Source of the DNA: Macrostomum lignano
Taxonomy: Eukaryota
Direction of reading: 5' to 3'
DNA: 64,000 bases
NCBI GenBank assembly: GCA_002269645.1
Contig: NIVC01000575.1
Span: forward strand, 434,001-498,000
Below are positions 39,107 to 52,604 of the stretch, in pieces. Both the position numbers and the translations under genes were made by a program. A model generated the notes under the pieces. The model searched no databases and was not told where the DNA came from. It saw only the letters and a list, made by a program, of their open reading frames with translations. Position 1 is the stretch's first letter. The number at the start of each line of letters is the position of its first letter.

Positions 39107-42100
39107 TCAACTTTCGTGATTAGCACTAGCGGCCGCCGCGGCCGAACCGGAGCTCTCAGTGTTGGCCTCCGGTTTCATCGCCGGGAAGAACAGCACCTCC
39201 TTGATGTTGTTGGTGTCGGTCAGGAACATAGCAAGCCGGTCCAGTCCCAGACCCCAGCCGGCAGTTGGCGGCAGGCCCATCTCTAATGCGCCGAGAAAAG
39301 TCTCGTCAACAAACATGGCCTCTTCGTCGCCTTGCGCTTTAGCAGCAGCCTGGGCTTCGAATAGCTGGCGTTGCACTATGGGGTCGTTCAATTCCGTATA
39401 GGCGTTGCAAATCTCGCGTCGGCAGGCGAACAGTTCGAAGCGTTCCGTCAGGCCTGGGATGGACCGGTGCCACTTAGCCAGGGGAGACATGATCTGGCAA
39501 TGGGGATGCGCGCGATTCTGTGCCGCAAGACTCAATTCACAGTACGTAAGACAGCATCTGAATTGCACGGTTCAAGCTAGCGCCTTCTTAACCATAAGTA
39601 CCTTGGGATGCCCGCTACCCCTCCCTCATCAGTACCTCTGATGCTTGAGAATGCCCGCTACCCCTAATCAGTCCCTCTGATGTTTGAGCTGCCTTCTAAC
39701 CCCCTCATCAGTCCCTCTGATGCTTGAGAATGCCTGCTAACCCCCTCATCAGTCCCTCTGATGCTTGAGAATGCCTGCTAACCTCCTCATCAGTCCCTCT
39801 GATGTTTGAGAATGCCTGCTAACCCCCTCATCAGTCCCTCTGATGTTTGAGAATGCCCGCTACCCCTAATCAGTCCCTCTGATGCTTGAGAATGCCCGCT
39901 ACCCCTAATCAGTCCCTCTGATGCTTGAGAATGCCCGCTACCCCTCATCAGTCCCTCTGATATTTGAGCTGCCTTCTAACCCCCTCATCAGTCCCTCTGA
40001 TGCTTGAGAATGCCTGCTAACCCCCTCATCAGTCCCTCTGATGTTTGAGAATGCCTGCTAACCCCCTTATCAGTCCCTCTGATGCTTGAGAATGCCTTCT
40101 AACCCCCTCATCAGTCCCTCTGATGTTTGAGATGCCTGCTAACCCCCTTATCAGTCCCTCTGATGCTTGAGAATGCCCGCTACCCCTCATCAGTCCCTCT
40201 GATGTTTGAGCTGCCTTCTAACCCCCTCATCAGTCCCTCTGATGCTTGAGAGGCCTGCTAACCCCCTCATCAGTCCCTCTGATGTTTGAGATGCCTGCTA
40301 ACCCCCTCATCAGTCCCTCTGATGCTTGAGAATGCCTGCTAACCCCCTCATCAGTCCCTCTGATGCTTGAGAATGCCTGCTAACCCCCTCATCAGTCCCT
40401 CTGATGCTTGAGAATGCCTGCTAACCCCCTCATCAGTCCCTCTGATGCTTGAGAATGCCTGCTAACCCCCTCATCAGTCCCTCTGATGCTTGAGAATGCC
40501 TGCTAACCCCCTCATCAGTCCCTCTGATGCTTGAGAATGCCTGCTAACCCCCTCATCAGTCCCTCTGATGTCTGAGATGCCCGCTAACCCCCTCATCAGT
40601 CCCTCTGATGTCTGAGATGCCCGCTAACCCCCTCCCTCATCAGTCCCTCTGATGTCTGAGATGCCCGCTACCCCTCAGGTATCAATCGCTAATAAAATGA
40701 ACTCACCTGCGGATGGTTAATCAGGAAAGTGGGATTAACACACTCAGTCTCTAAGAAGTCGCCAGCCAGTTTGTCCAACAAGCGGGGCACTGTCCTGGGC
40801 GGCTGGCATTCTACGTTGCGCTCAACACAAAGCCGGTCGAATAGAGCCCTGTTAATCGGGGTCAGGGAGACTGGCATACAGGTATGTTTAAGATTAAGAG
40901 ATTAGGGGATAAAAGGTGATCAGTAAAATGTAATAGAGACAATAAAGCATTGCTAATGAAGCAGTGTTAAAGGAAGGGTTAAGAGCTAGAGTGAATAATG
41001 GAAAAGTGAAGGGTCATGATGAGTGAGTGAAAGATCTGGATGAAGGGTGAGGGTGAAGGGTCTGGATAAAGGTAAAGGGTCTGGATGAAGGGTGAGTGTG
41101 AAGGGTCTGGATGAAGGGTGAAGGTGAGGGTGAAGGTGAGGGTGAAGGTGAGGGTGAAGGGTCTGGATGAAGAATGAGAGTGCAAGATCTGGATAAAGGG
41201 TGAGGGTGAAGGGTCTGGATGAAGGGTGAGAGTGCAAGGTCTGGATAAAGGGTGAGGGTGAAGGGTCTGGATGAAGGGTGAGAGTGCAAGGTCTAGATAA
41301 AGGGTGAGGGTGAAGGGTGAAGGGTCTGGATGAAGGGTGAGGGTGAATGGTCTGGATGAAGGGTGAGAGTGCAAGGTCTAGATAAAGGGTGAGGGTGAAG
41401 GGTGAAAGGTCTGGATGAAGGGTGAGGGTGAAGGGTCTGGATGAAGGGTGAGGGTGAATGGTCTGGATGAAGGGTGAGGGTCTGAATGAAGGGTGAGAGT
41501 GGCGGACAGAATATATGGTCAAAACCGCATGCATCAACCTGTCAGTCAAATAAGTAATACCTGGCTTCCTCCGTGCCCAGCGTATCCGGGGGAGGCAGCG
41601 CCACCCCAAGCCGTTTGCCCAGCTCGGCGTACAGATCCAACCGACGGAACGGCGGCGTGAAGTCCACCTCCCATTCCACACCTTCCTCCGGATGATAGAC
41701 GATCTTGTGAGATCCGGTGAGCTCCTTGACTAAGCCGGACAGAAGCTGCTCAGTGATGGCCATGAGATCATTGTAATCAGCGTAGGCCATGTAGAACTCG
41801 CACATGGTGAACTCGGGATTATGAGTCAGGTCGATGCCTTCATTGCGAAATTGTCGGCCAATTTCGTACACCCGATCGAAGCCGCCAACGATCAGCTGTT
41901 TGAGGAACAGCTCGGGAGCGACTCGAAGGTACAGATCTCGGTCAAGCTCGTTGTGATGCGTCACAAATGGCTTAGCAGTGGCGCCGCCAGGGATCACGTT
42001 CATGATGGGTGTCTCAACCTCCAGGAAGCCCATCTGGTCTAGGAACCTGCGCCAGATGAATGAGAGTTAGCACTGTCTTGAAACTGAGTAGCTTTGAGTG

Positions 42101-44073
42101 ATAATAATTCAAAATTCTACCCTAGAAGATAACATCGCAGGATTAAAGAGAGGCCTGCATCCTCAGGACTCTGAGTGAAGAATATTGAGCCCTTGAGAGT
42201 CACGGGATGAAGAATCTCACCCTTAGAGAGCAGCAGGATGAAGAATCTCACCCTTAGAGAGCAGCAGGATGAAGAATCTCACCCTTAGAGAGCAGCAGGA
42301 TGAAGAATCTCACCCTTAGAGAGCAGCAGGATGAAGAATCTCACCCTTAGAGAGCAGCAGGATGAAGAATCTCACCCTTAGAGAGCAGCAGGATTAAGAA
42401 TCTCACCCTTAGAGAGCAGCAGGATGAAGAATCTCACCCTTAAGGCCGCAGGATTAAGAATCTCACCCTTTAGAGAGCCGCAGGATGGAGAATCTCACCC
42501 TTAGAGAGCAGCAGGATTAAGAATCTCACCCTTAGAGAGCAGCAGGATGAAGAATCTCACCCTTAGAGAGCAGCAGGATGAAGAATCTCACCCTTAGAGA
42601 GCAGCAGGATTAAGAATCTCACCCTTAGAGAGCAGCAGGATGAAGAATCTCACCCTTAAGGCCGCAGGATTAAGAATCTCACCCTTTAGAGAGCCGCAGG
42701 ATGGAGAATCTCACTCTTAGAGAGCCGCAGGATGAAGAATCTCACCCTTAGAGAGCAGCAGGATGAAGAATCTCACCCTTAGAGAGCAGCAGGATTAAGA
42801 ATCTCACCCTTAGAGAGCAGCAGGATGAAGAATCTCACCCTTAAGGCCGCAGGATTAAGAATCTCACCCTTAGAGCCGCAGGATTAAGAATCTCACCCTT
42901 AGAGCCGCAGGATTAAGAATCTCACCCTTAGAGCCGCAGGATTAAGAATCTCACCCTTAGAGCCGCAGGATTAAGAATCTCACCCTTAGAGCCGCAGGAT
43001 AAGAATCTCACCATTAGAGAGCCGCAGGATTAAGAATCTCACCCTTTGAGAGGCACAGGATTAAGAATCTCACCCTTAGAGCCGCAGGATAAGAATCTCA
43101 CCCTTAGAGAGCAGCAGGATGAAGAATCTCACCCTTAAGGCCGCAGGATTAAGAATCTCACCCTTTAGAGAGCCGCAGGATGGAGAATCTCACCCTTAGA
43201 GAGCAGCAGGATGAAGAATCTCACCCTTAGAGAGCAGCAGGATGAAGAATCTCACCCTTAGAGCCGCAGGATTAAGAATCTCACCCTTAGAGCCGCAGGA
43301 TAAGAATCTCACCATTAGAGAGCCGCAGGATTAAGAATCTCACCCTTTGAGAGGCACAGGATTAAGAATCTCACCCTTAGAGCCGCAGGATAAGAATCTC
43401 ACCATTAGAGAGCCGCAGGATTAAGAATCTCACCCTTTGAGAGGCACAGGATTAAGAATCTCATTCTTAGAGAACCGCATGATTAAGAATCTCACCCTTA
43501 GAGAGCCACAATATTAAAGAATCTCACCCTTTGAGAGGCACAGGATTAAGAATCTCATTCTTAGAGAACCGCATGATTAAGAATCTCATCCTTAGAGAGC
43601 CGCAGGATTAAGAATCTCACCCTTAGAGCATATTCGATTCTGGGGGTCAAAGTTTTAGCTATAATATTGGCTATTTAAAAATTTACGAACCTGCGAACAT
43701 AGGTAATAATCCGAGCCCTCATGATGAACCGCTGTCGCACCTCAGAGTTAATGATCAGATCCAAATGTCGCTGTCTGAATCGAGTCTCCTTATCCTTGAG
43801 GCCATAGTGCAGATGCGGCAGCTGGCGAAGGCACGGTGCCAGCAGGCGCATCTCAGTAGGCAGGATACTCAGCTCGCCCTTAGCCGACCGAGTCGGCTTG
43901 CCAATCACGCCGACAATGTCGCCTCGCTTGAGCTCCTCGTTGGTCTTGTGAAAGTCCGGCCCAGTGTAATTGCCAGCGTTGGCTAGAATTTGCAGCTTAG
44001 TGCCCTCGCCGCGGATATCGTAGAAAATCAGCTTTGAGCCCTGGCGGTGTAAATTTGGTAGTAGTATTAATAT

Positions 44074-44105
<32 letters not shown>

Positions 44106-44123
44106 GCAGAAGCAGTAGTAATA

Positions 44124-44159
<36 letters not shown>

Positions 44160-44179
44160 GCAGAAGCAGTAGTAATAGA

Positions 44180-44213
<34 letters not shown>

Positions 44214-45928
44214 GCAGAAGCAGTAGTAATAGTAGTAGTACTGTAGTAGTGGTAGTACTAGTAGTAACAGTAGTAGTAAAAACTCAAGTTACTCATAAAG
44301 AACAAATAGCGGTTATTAATAACCGCTGACTACTATTCTACTGCTTATGTGCATGCACATTAAGTAGTATAATCTTCAGCAAGTATAACAGTTAAGCACA
44401 CAACACTACATGTAACTACGTAACTGCTATTTGGGCTACAGAATACAGATAGATAGATTATACTATTCAATGCGTGCCCCTTAGTAGTAGTAGTAGTAGT
44501 AGTCGCCCTTGATATTCAATACTAAAAATAAGGCACAAATCAACATACCTGCAATCGCTTAGAGTGTATCCGGCCAGCAATACTGACTGTCACGTCCTCA
44601 GTTTGGCCAGCCTGCAGATGCCCATATTTGGCGATAAAATCGGTCAACGATATTGACACGTGAAATTTGTGCGGATAAGGCGTGGCGCCGCTCTCCTTCA
44701 TGGCGCCAATTGCGGCGCTGCGCAACTCGAAGTACTTAGTGGGATCAATGTCGTCCATATCTATTGCTGCGGCTTTGGCGCCAGTCTTGTTGGCTGGGGC
44801 TGCCGCAGCTGCAGCGGCCTCCTTGGCGGCCTTCTCCTGCGCCTTCTGCTCGGCTTTGAGACGCCTCTTTTGCTCACTAAATGTTCAGTTAACAGATTGG
44901 AGTTTGTTAATTTACAGCTAATATTGTGAACTTCTGAGATGCCAATGCTTATGAGGGAATTTCTCAGTTTCCAATGCTCACCACAGATACTAAAAGGCCA
45001 CTTGGGCATATATACCTGGTAAAACAGCTGTCTACTTTCAGTTCAGTAACAAATAAGACTACATAAGCTATTTTATAAAAAGAAAAATTGGGTTGGGGGG
45101 GGGAAGTGTGGACAGGCGCAGTTGGAGGGTTTAGGCTGGGGGGGGTAAGAGCCAATAAATGTGCCTTGGCTTCATAAATACATTAAAATCCTTGTTTAAC
45201 TTACTACTGAACTGAAAGTAGCTTACACGCAAATGTGCTGAGTGGGTATCTGGTTATTCTAGTATCTGTGATGACAGTTTTTAATCAGTCTTAAGCTCAT
45301 GCAAGAATGTATATTCCTTAGTTATTCAATAAATTTCATATTTTTAGGTTCATTTTACAAATTTAGGACAAAATGCATAAACTTTGATCTCTATTGCACA
45401 ATTTCAGCCAATGGCCATAATTGTGGATAGCATCTAGTGTAGATTGTCCCCTGGCAATGTAAGTGTAGTCTGGTATACTGGCAAAGGGAAATACAGTGCA
45501 GTTCAGACCTTGGCTGCAATATTCCGTCAACTTTTCTGGCCATGTACTGAATGGATTGAAGGTGATATTTTTTCTGAGTATCCTTTGCAACTTTTCATGC
45601 ATGCTTGGATTGAGGATAAATAAAAAAGACACCTGCAGAAATTTCCAACATGAAATATGCTAGAGAATTTAAATGATATTTCTGCTTACTACTTATGTAT
45701 ATACTGTATACTTGTTCATTTGTATTGGCAATTGTACATGTACCATTTGTTTATTTGCATATATATGTTAAGTTGAGTAGAAATCACAAAATTGAAAATG
45801 GATAAAATGATAAACATGTACATGTATGTGCATATATGGTTTACATGTATATACTTGTACAAAAATAAAATAGCAGCAAAAATGAAAATATGATGTTAAG
45901 GATGCAAAATATGTAGCTCGTATTATTG

Positions 45929-45968
<40 letters not shown>

Positions 45969-48900
45969 GCATGTCTTATAATTACATGAGCATATTTAAT
46001 GAAAATATTGCATGTTGTCTATTCATATACAGTACAGTGTAGTCAATCTGTACATATATGTATATGAAATGCATAAAGATGATACATAAACACATGTACC
46101 AGTGGCATCTACCATGCATGGATTTAAATGTATATGGTAGGGAGGGACAAAGCCAAGAATTCTACATATGCAGTGTATATTATTTTCAGAATTAGTATTG
46201 TCAATGCTCATTATGGTGCCATAGGCACTATGTTTTGTCGCCTTAAAGCAAAATTATTGCAGATTACCATAACAGTTCAAAAGTTGAAGTTGGAAAGACA
46301 ATTAAAGTGCATTGTTGGCACATGGCACAGTTTTTCCTTGCCCCCCTCCCTAATGATGATGCCCCTGTGAATATATTTAAAAGCAAAAAAATCTGAGATA
46401 TAACTATATATTAAAGCAAAAATTAAGTCCCAATTGGGGGAACTAAGTCACAATTGAGAGGAACTAAATCACAATTGGGAGGAACTAAGTCGCAATTAGG
46501 AGAAACTAAGTCACAATTGGGAGGAACTAATTCACAATTGGGAGGAACTAAGTCATAATTGAGAGGAACTAAGTCATAATTGAGAGGAACTAAGTCACAA
46601 TTGGGAGGAACTAAGTCATAATTGAGAGGAACTAAGTCACAATTGGGAGGAACTAAGTCATAATTGAGAGGAACTAAGTCACAATTGGGAGGAACTAAGT
46701 CATAATTGAGAGGAACTAAGTCACAATTGGGAGGAACTAAGTCACAATTGGGAGAAACTAAGTCACAATTGGGAGGAACTAAGTCACAATTGGGAGGAAA
46801 TAAGTCACAATTGAGAGGAACTAAGTCACAATTGGGAGGAACTAAGTCGCAATTGGGAGAAACTAAGTCACAATTGGGAGGAACTAAGTCATAATTGAGA
46901 GGAACTAAGTCACAATTGGGAGGAACTAAGTCACAATTGGGAGGAAATAAGTCACAATTGAGAGGAAATAAGTCACAATTGAGAGGAACTAAGTCACAAT
47001 TGGGAGGAACTAAGTCACAATTGGGAGGAACTAAGTCACAATTGGGAGGAAATAAGTCACAATTGAGAGGAAATAAGTCACAATTGAGAGGAACTAAGTC
47101 ACAATTGGGAGGAACTAAGTCACAATTGGGAGGAACTAAGTCACAATTGGGAGGAACTAAGTTGCAATTGGGAGGAACTAAGTTGCAATTGGGAGGAACT
47201 AAGTCACAATTAGGAGGAACTAAATCACAATAAGGAGAAACTAAGTTGCAATTGGGAAGAACTAAGTTGCAAATCTAGACAAAACTAAGTTGTACCAGAT
47301 GGGTGAAATTTTGAGGTTGGGCATATATGCATATGAATATGCACTTAGAGTAAAGGTAATATTGCTAGCTTTGATTTGCAATGATTTTAGCAGAGTGCAT
47401 ATGTAGTGATTGTAAACTGAAGGTGAGAGGGGGAAGGGTGCAAAGGTAAAGGGGATTTTTGATGCTTTCAAACTGGAATGAGCAGTGGTTTTCTGCGTGT
47501 GACTATTTGTCATATTTGACACGCTTTCCTATAGCCAACTTTGGTTCACAAACATTTTAATGGGAAACAAATTTAGGTGATCGTAAACCAAAGGTGATAT
47601 ATAAGCTACTAGCTCAAACTTGCTACTTTACTTGACACATGGGACTATTTGATACCCTTTCCTATAGCCAGCTTTGGTTCACAATAATTTTAATGGGAAA
47701 CATATATTTGGATAATTGTAAACTGAAGATATACTTGTAAGCTACAATAATCTTAACCATCCTTTGAAATAGAGTTAGTTTGCCAACTTTTTATTGGTTA
47801 TTGGTTTTTATGTTTTACAACTATTTTAAGTGGTGATCGTCATTGTTTGAAATGATTGTAAACTAAAAGAATGCTAAAAAACCTATAGTGCGAAAGGATA
47901 GGTATATGATGGAAAGTTCTGTTGTATACTAGGATCACCTGTCATACATATTGTACATTTCTCTTTTTTGGGGGGGGGGTGCAAAGTACTATTTTTGGTC
48001 TTCTTGAACTTTAGGTATGTAAAATACTTCAATTTTCTGATTATTCTGAAACTTTCACCAGAGTCTTAGATAGAGGCTGTCCAAAATGATAATAAAGCAA
48101 AAAAACTGCAAAAATTATCCTCAGAGGTAACAGGAGCTTGATTTGTTAAACTCCTATATAACTACTAGTAATTTGATACAAGCAGTTTTGGAGAATTGTG
48201 TTTGAAAGTTGAACTTTTTTTAGAATCATAACTTTCTAATGTAATATTTTCCAAAACTTTATGAAATCATTCTTAAAAAACATTTAGAGGATTTGAATTT
48301 TATCTCTGAAAAAATAGTGTCTATTTTTATTATTTTCACTCAATTTGTTATAGTGTAGTGAGAGTGCCACATCAGTTTACTTTTTTTAAAAAATGCTGAC
48401 TAATGGTGCCACCTACCCCTCACCACCCACTTTTTGATTCACTGTTGTTCCCTCATTGTTGATTACTACTAGCTGTATATTCTTTACTTGTTTACCTATA
48501 CTAATTTCTACTAATCTGTGTTGTCTCAATTCTGAAGGTAACTACAGCTGCTAATATCAATTAGTTTTGATAGGATTATAATTTTTTTCCATGGTTATAT
48601 TTTTGATAAATTGTTGAATTTTTAATTTAAGCTTCATTTCAATTTTCTCCTTATTACCCCCCTCAGTCTCCAAATTTATCTACCTAATCTTCCATAGACC
48701 CCCATGCCTTTATTCAAGTTTAGGTATGTAAAATCAATCCCCATGAAAATTTTCCCCACCCTAAAATCCCACATTCCCCATGCCCCAGTTGTTGACAATT
48801 GTTAGCCCCTCCCGAGACCTTCCCTCAGTCCATGAGTTTATCTACCTAATCTTCAATAGACTTCTATGCCTCTATTGAAGTTTAGGTACATAAAATAAAT

Positions 48901-51034
48901 CCCCATGAAGATTCTTCCTGCTCTAACATCCCCATTCCCTATGCCTTGGTTGTTGGTAATTGTTAGCCCCCCCTTTGAGACTTGCCTCCCACCCCCTCAG
49001 TCTCTGAATTTATCTACCTAATCTTCAATAGACCCTTATACCTCTATTGAAGTTTAGGTACATAAAATCAATCCCCATAAAGAATCTCCCCACCCTAAAA
49101 CTCCCCATTCCCTATACCCTCGTAGTTGGCTTTAAGCTACAAAAAATGAAGCTCAAATTTGAAATCAGCATTATCAAAAACCCATATACACAAATATAAT
49201 GATCCTATTAAAACTGCAACTATTTTATCTACCTAAAGTTCAAGAAGGCCATTTTTCAATCCCTGTCATACTATTATACAATAAGCCAAAATTTAAATTC
49301 ACATCGTTGTACATAGACATCTTTCTGCACTATGGCAAAAAACTATAGAAAAAATTATGATCCTATCAAAGCTGCAACTACTTTTATTATCTACCTAAAG
49401 TTCAAAAAGTCCATAATGTTTAGCATATGCCACACTCCAGATCATGTAATATATGTCCAAAAATTTGGGCATGCATTGGCCTTGCATGCCAAAATTAGGC
49501 GTGCACAATTGGCATGCATCACTCTGAGAAAATAGTATGCATGCATACCTGGCGCGCACTTTATAGAATCACATGTAAAAATTATTGTGAAATAGAAAAA
49601 AGATGAAAAAAGTTCATTTTAAAGTGCAAATTTCAGCTTTCCAGTTTTTTCAAGGTCGTAAAATCATTTAAACAAATCTTTATGTGTATAAATTTTCCAC
49701 TATAAATTGTATAGCCAAAAAAGCATAAAAAACAACTAAATCATTTGGCAATAAGGGTCTATTAGGCAATTTAAAAAAGGTATTTTATTGTCACAATGTA
49801 AAAAAGGTCATTTATTGTTGCAATATTAGCGTATTTTTGAGAATGGGTGTGCACTATATTTTTTTCGGCATGCATTTATAAATATTCAATTTTTGTTTGG
49901 GTATGCACCCAGCATGATCGAGACTATGGAGCATATGGCAATTGTCAAGTTTGGTTTATTAAATTATTTTGACTCCAAAAAAGTAAGGTACAAACTATTT
50001 TAAGTACAAATAGCTATTTTATATATGGTACACTGGAAAAAGTGATATCCTTGCCATAAATTCAAGTTTATACCAGAAAAACAAATGTACTTATGATATA
50101 TATGTTATGTGCTAGCAATTGTTAAGTTTTGTTCAATAAATAATTTTGACTTAGAAAAGTAAACTATGAACTAGGCCTATTTCAAATACAAACAAATATT
50201 TTTAAGAGACTTAAGTCCAATTAAGCACTAATTCAATGCTTCAAAACTTGTTATAATGTATCTAACCCCAGAAAGCTACAATAGTCTATGGCCAAAACAT
50301 TTGAAATTTTTTTGACTTGAAAAAAGGTCTATGGTCAAGTCTAAGCATCAATGATTTTTAACAAGTTGACAAATAACAAATGACTAAAAGTAAAGTCCTA
50401 AATTTAGCAAGGCTATGCTGCGCGCCATGCATAGGACTTTACAAGCCCTATTCAAAATATACTTAGAGGAATTATAGCATCAACTGAAGCCAGTGAAGCC
50501 ATTTGGGAATGTTTAATTATAGATTTCACACTACTATAACATGTAAAGCTTTTGCTGTTCATTGGCAGTTTGACCATAGACAATAATATTTTTTATTTGT
50601 TTCTGTTAAGACTTATTCACTAGTTAACATTTTGACCATAGACTTTTGTAGCTTTTTGATGTCAGATGCATTATAACAAATTTTAAAACATAAAATTAGT
50701 GCCCGATTAAGCTTAAGCCTCTTAATTAATAGATTTGAGTGTAGAACCCAGTTTTTTATTATACAAAAATCTCTTAAATTTCTATAAACTTTACATCTAA
50801 ATCTTGACATCTTTATCAAGGTTATAAATATAAGGGGTAATAGAAGCACAATTTTTTGAGTAAAAAGATTCAATAGAAAAAGAAAACCTAAACTTGTTTA
50901 AAATTAAGTTTTCTATCATCTATCAACTATTACTGTTAGGCCTAAGCTTTAAATGCCTTAAAAATATAAAATAATACATAAAAATCTTTAAAAATATCTT
51001 ACTTCTTGCTTAGCTTTTCGCCTGGAGCAGACAT
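39107..51034 (-). CDS. KARS: Lysyl-tRNA synthetase; exons 51034-51003, 44876-44549, 44040-43691, 42046-41561, 40848-40707, 39493-39107
   Basis: [10 protein letters not shown]|NEQKRRLK...PYPHKF...[13 protein letters not shown]...FLEVETP...[12 protein letters not shown]...[15 protein letters not shown]...ERFELF...[12 protein letters not shown]...GWGLGLDRL. Splice phases are consistent throughout. Confidence 0.95.
39610..40680. repeat. About 41-bp minisatellite in a KARS intron
   Basis: CCCTCTGATGCTTGAGAATGCCTGCTAACCCCCTCATCAGT units. Confidence 0.95.
41035..41500. repeat. Degenerate GAAGGGTGAGGGT...CTGGAT minisatellite in a KARS intron
   Basis: Direct reading. Confidence 0.9.
42205..43630. 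repeat. 29-32-bp minisatellite in a KARS intron
   Basis: GAATCTCACCCTTAGAGAGCAGCAGGATGAA units and variants. Confidence 0.95.
44060..44280. repeat. (TAG)n microsatellite
   Basis: Direct reading. Confidence 0.95.
46425..47270. repeat. 21-bp minisatellite GGAACTAAGTCACAATTGGGA
   Basis: About 40 units in KARS intron 1. Confidence 0.96.
48655..49125. repeat. Three diverged tandem copies of an about 170-bp unit
   Basis: CCCTCAGTC...TTTATCTACCTAATCTTC.ATAGAC...AAGTTTAGGTA recurs near 48660, 48825 and 48995. Confidence 0.8.
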
Positions 51035-51629
51035 GTTTCTTGCTGAAAACTGAAGACACTTATGTAAACTTAATATGTGATTTTGTGTTGTTGAAATGGT
51101 AGTGAAAGTAATTTGGCTACAACGAATTATAGAAGACACTAGTCTTTGCATGCGATGATGCAACCAGTATAGTGTGTATTAGGGTGATCAGATGAGTCAA
51201 AATGACACGGACTTTGCACTCAATGGTTCAATTTTAAACGATTAGCGACGTTAGCGCCAGCTCACTAGATCTTGATTTACAATTAAACTACTGACGAAAC
51301 AGCACGAAAGTTGGTGCAAAAATTTTTTTTGAATATTTTTAAGTAAAATTTTCCCCAATTCGACTAGGTTTTTTTATAACACAACACTGTAACTTTACAG
51401 CCTATTTAAAGCAACAGCTAAAAATGCGTTCCATTAGTTTATAGTTTTTGATGTAATGCTTGATGTAATATTTGGTTAAAAGTCCGTCGAGCTTTATATT
51501 ATTTGGTAGAACGAACGAGAAGTAGAATATTCCGTGCTACTTTTAAAATTTTACGCGTGCAAGTTAACATCAAAGACTAAATGGATTTTGAATAAAAATT
51601 TCAGCTTCTAAAGAATTTATATGGATATT

Positions 51630-52200
51630 CGTGTTCCATGAAATACAGTACATTGTACCTGTATACGAGACAAAGAAAGTCCTAGGAATGCATTTTAATA
51701 TGGGCTCCAACAAGAAGAAGACTGAAATTAATGAGTATTGGAGCAAAGACAGCTCTTACATAACACCTTTTTTAAAGCAGCTGAAGCTCTCTCTAGGGAT
51801 TACTACTTCGAATAGCTACTGGCCGGGTCTGCTCCGTTTTTATGACTTTCATCTCAACAATTCCCCCGTAAGCCTTGACATCCCAGCAATTCCGCCAAAA
51901 ATTATCAACTATCTTTTTTAATGCTCTCTTAATTTATCCATTGTAGAATTAACTCTATCGAATGATTTTCAGCTAAAAGGCAAAAAATCCCAAAAATTAC
52001 TAAGTAAAGACTTCTACTATAAAATTCAACAGAAACGCTTTGAAGGTCTGGGTGAGGCTGAAAAATGCTCTTAGACAGTTTGCTCAAGTCATAGTACTGT
52101 AAAATCTGTCAGGGAAGCCTTGCTTATCATAGCCGGCTGGAACGGTTTGTGGTCAACCATTTACTTCTTTCTTTCGGGAAAGATCAGGCTTAGATTTGGG
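51630..52200 (+). mobile_element. Possible highly degraded LINE (L1/Tx1-like) remnant
   Basis: Fragments KVLGMHF...EYW and YCKICQGS...NHLLL, interrupted by stops. Resemblance only. Confidence 0.25.
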
Positions 52201-52604
52201 TGTCACTGTGGCAAGCAGCGCTATAATGCTTTAATAAGCATTGACGAATATCAACGGTTTGAGTCATTCTGGTGTGCGGTCTGACAATCAACGAATATTT
52301 ATGAGTTATAAATGTAGGTAAAGCAAACGGGCTATCGGATCTTAGCGCTTAATTGATCTCCAATTGGCGAGTTTTCGATTGCCTGCACATGTACATTCAT
52401 TTTCTGCTGGAAAACGAAAAAACTTACAATGTAAAAGATAAAATATGATTATCGATGCTTTTGCATGCTTTTGCTTTTGCTTTTGCTTTTACATGTACAT
52501 ATATAGCACGTCAGAATAATTTACAATAAATAGGAATCGGTTCATATCACCAAAACTACACTGTAGAGTTTATTAACTAACTGTTTGAGGTCATTAATTT
52601 GATC

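Noticed and set aside
39610-40680. CTGATGAG in each minus-strand unit (hammerhead core or C/D box look-alike)
   Set aside because: There is no GAAA or three-stem architecture, boxes C and D overlap, and I recognised no rRNA-complementary guide. An Infernal/snoscan run would settle it.
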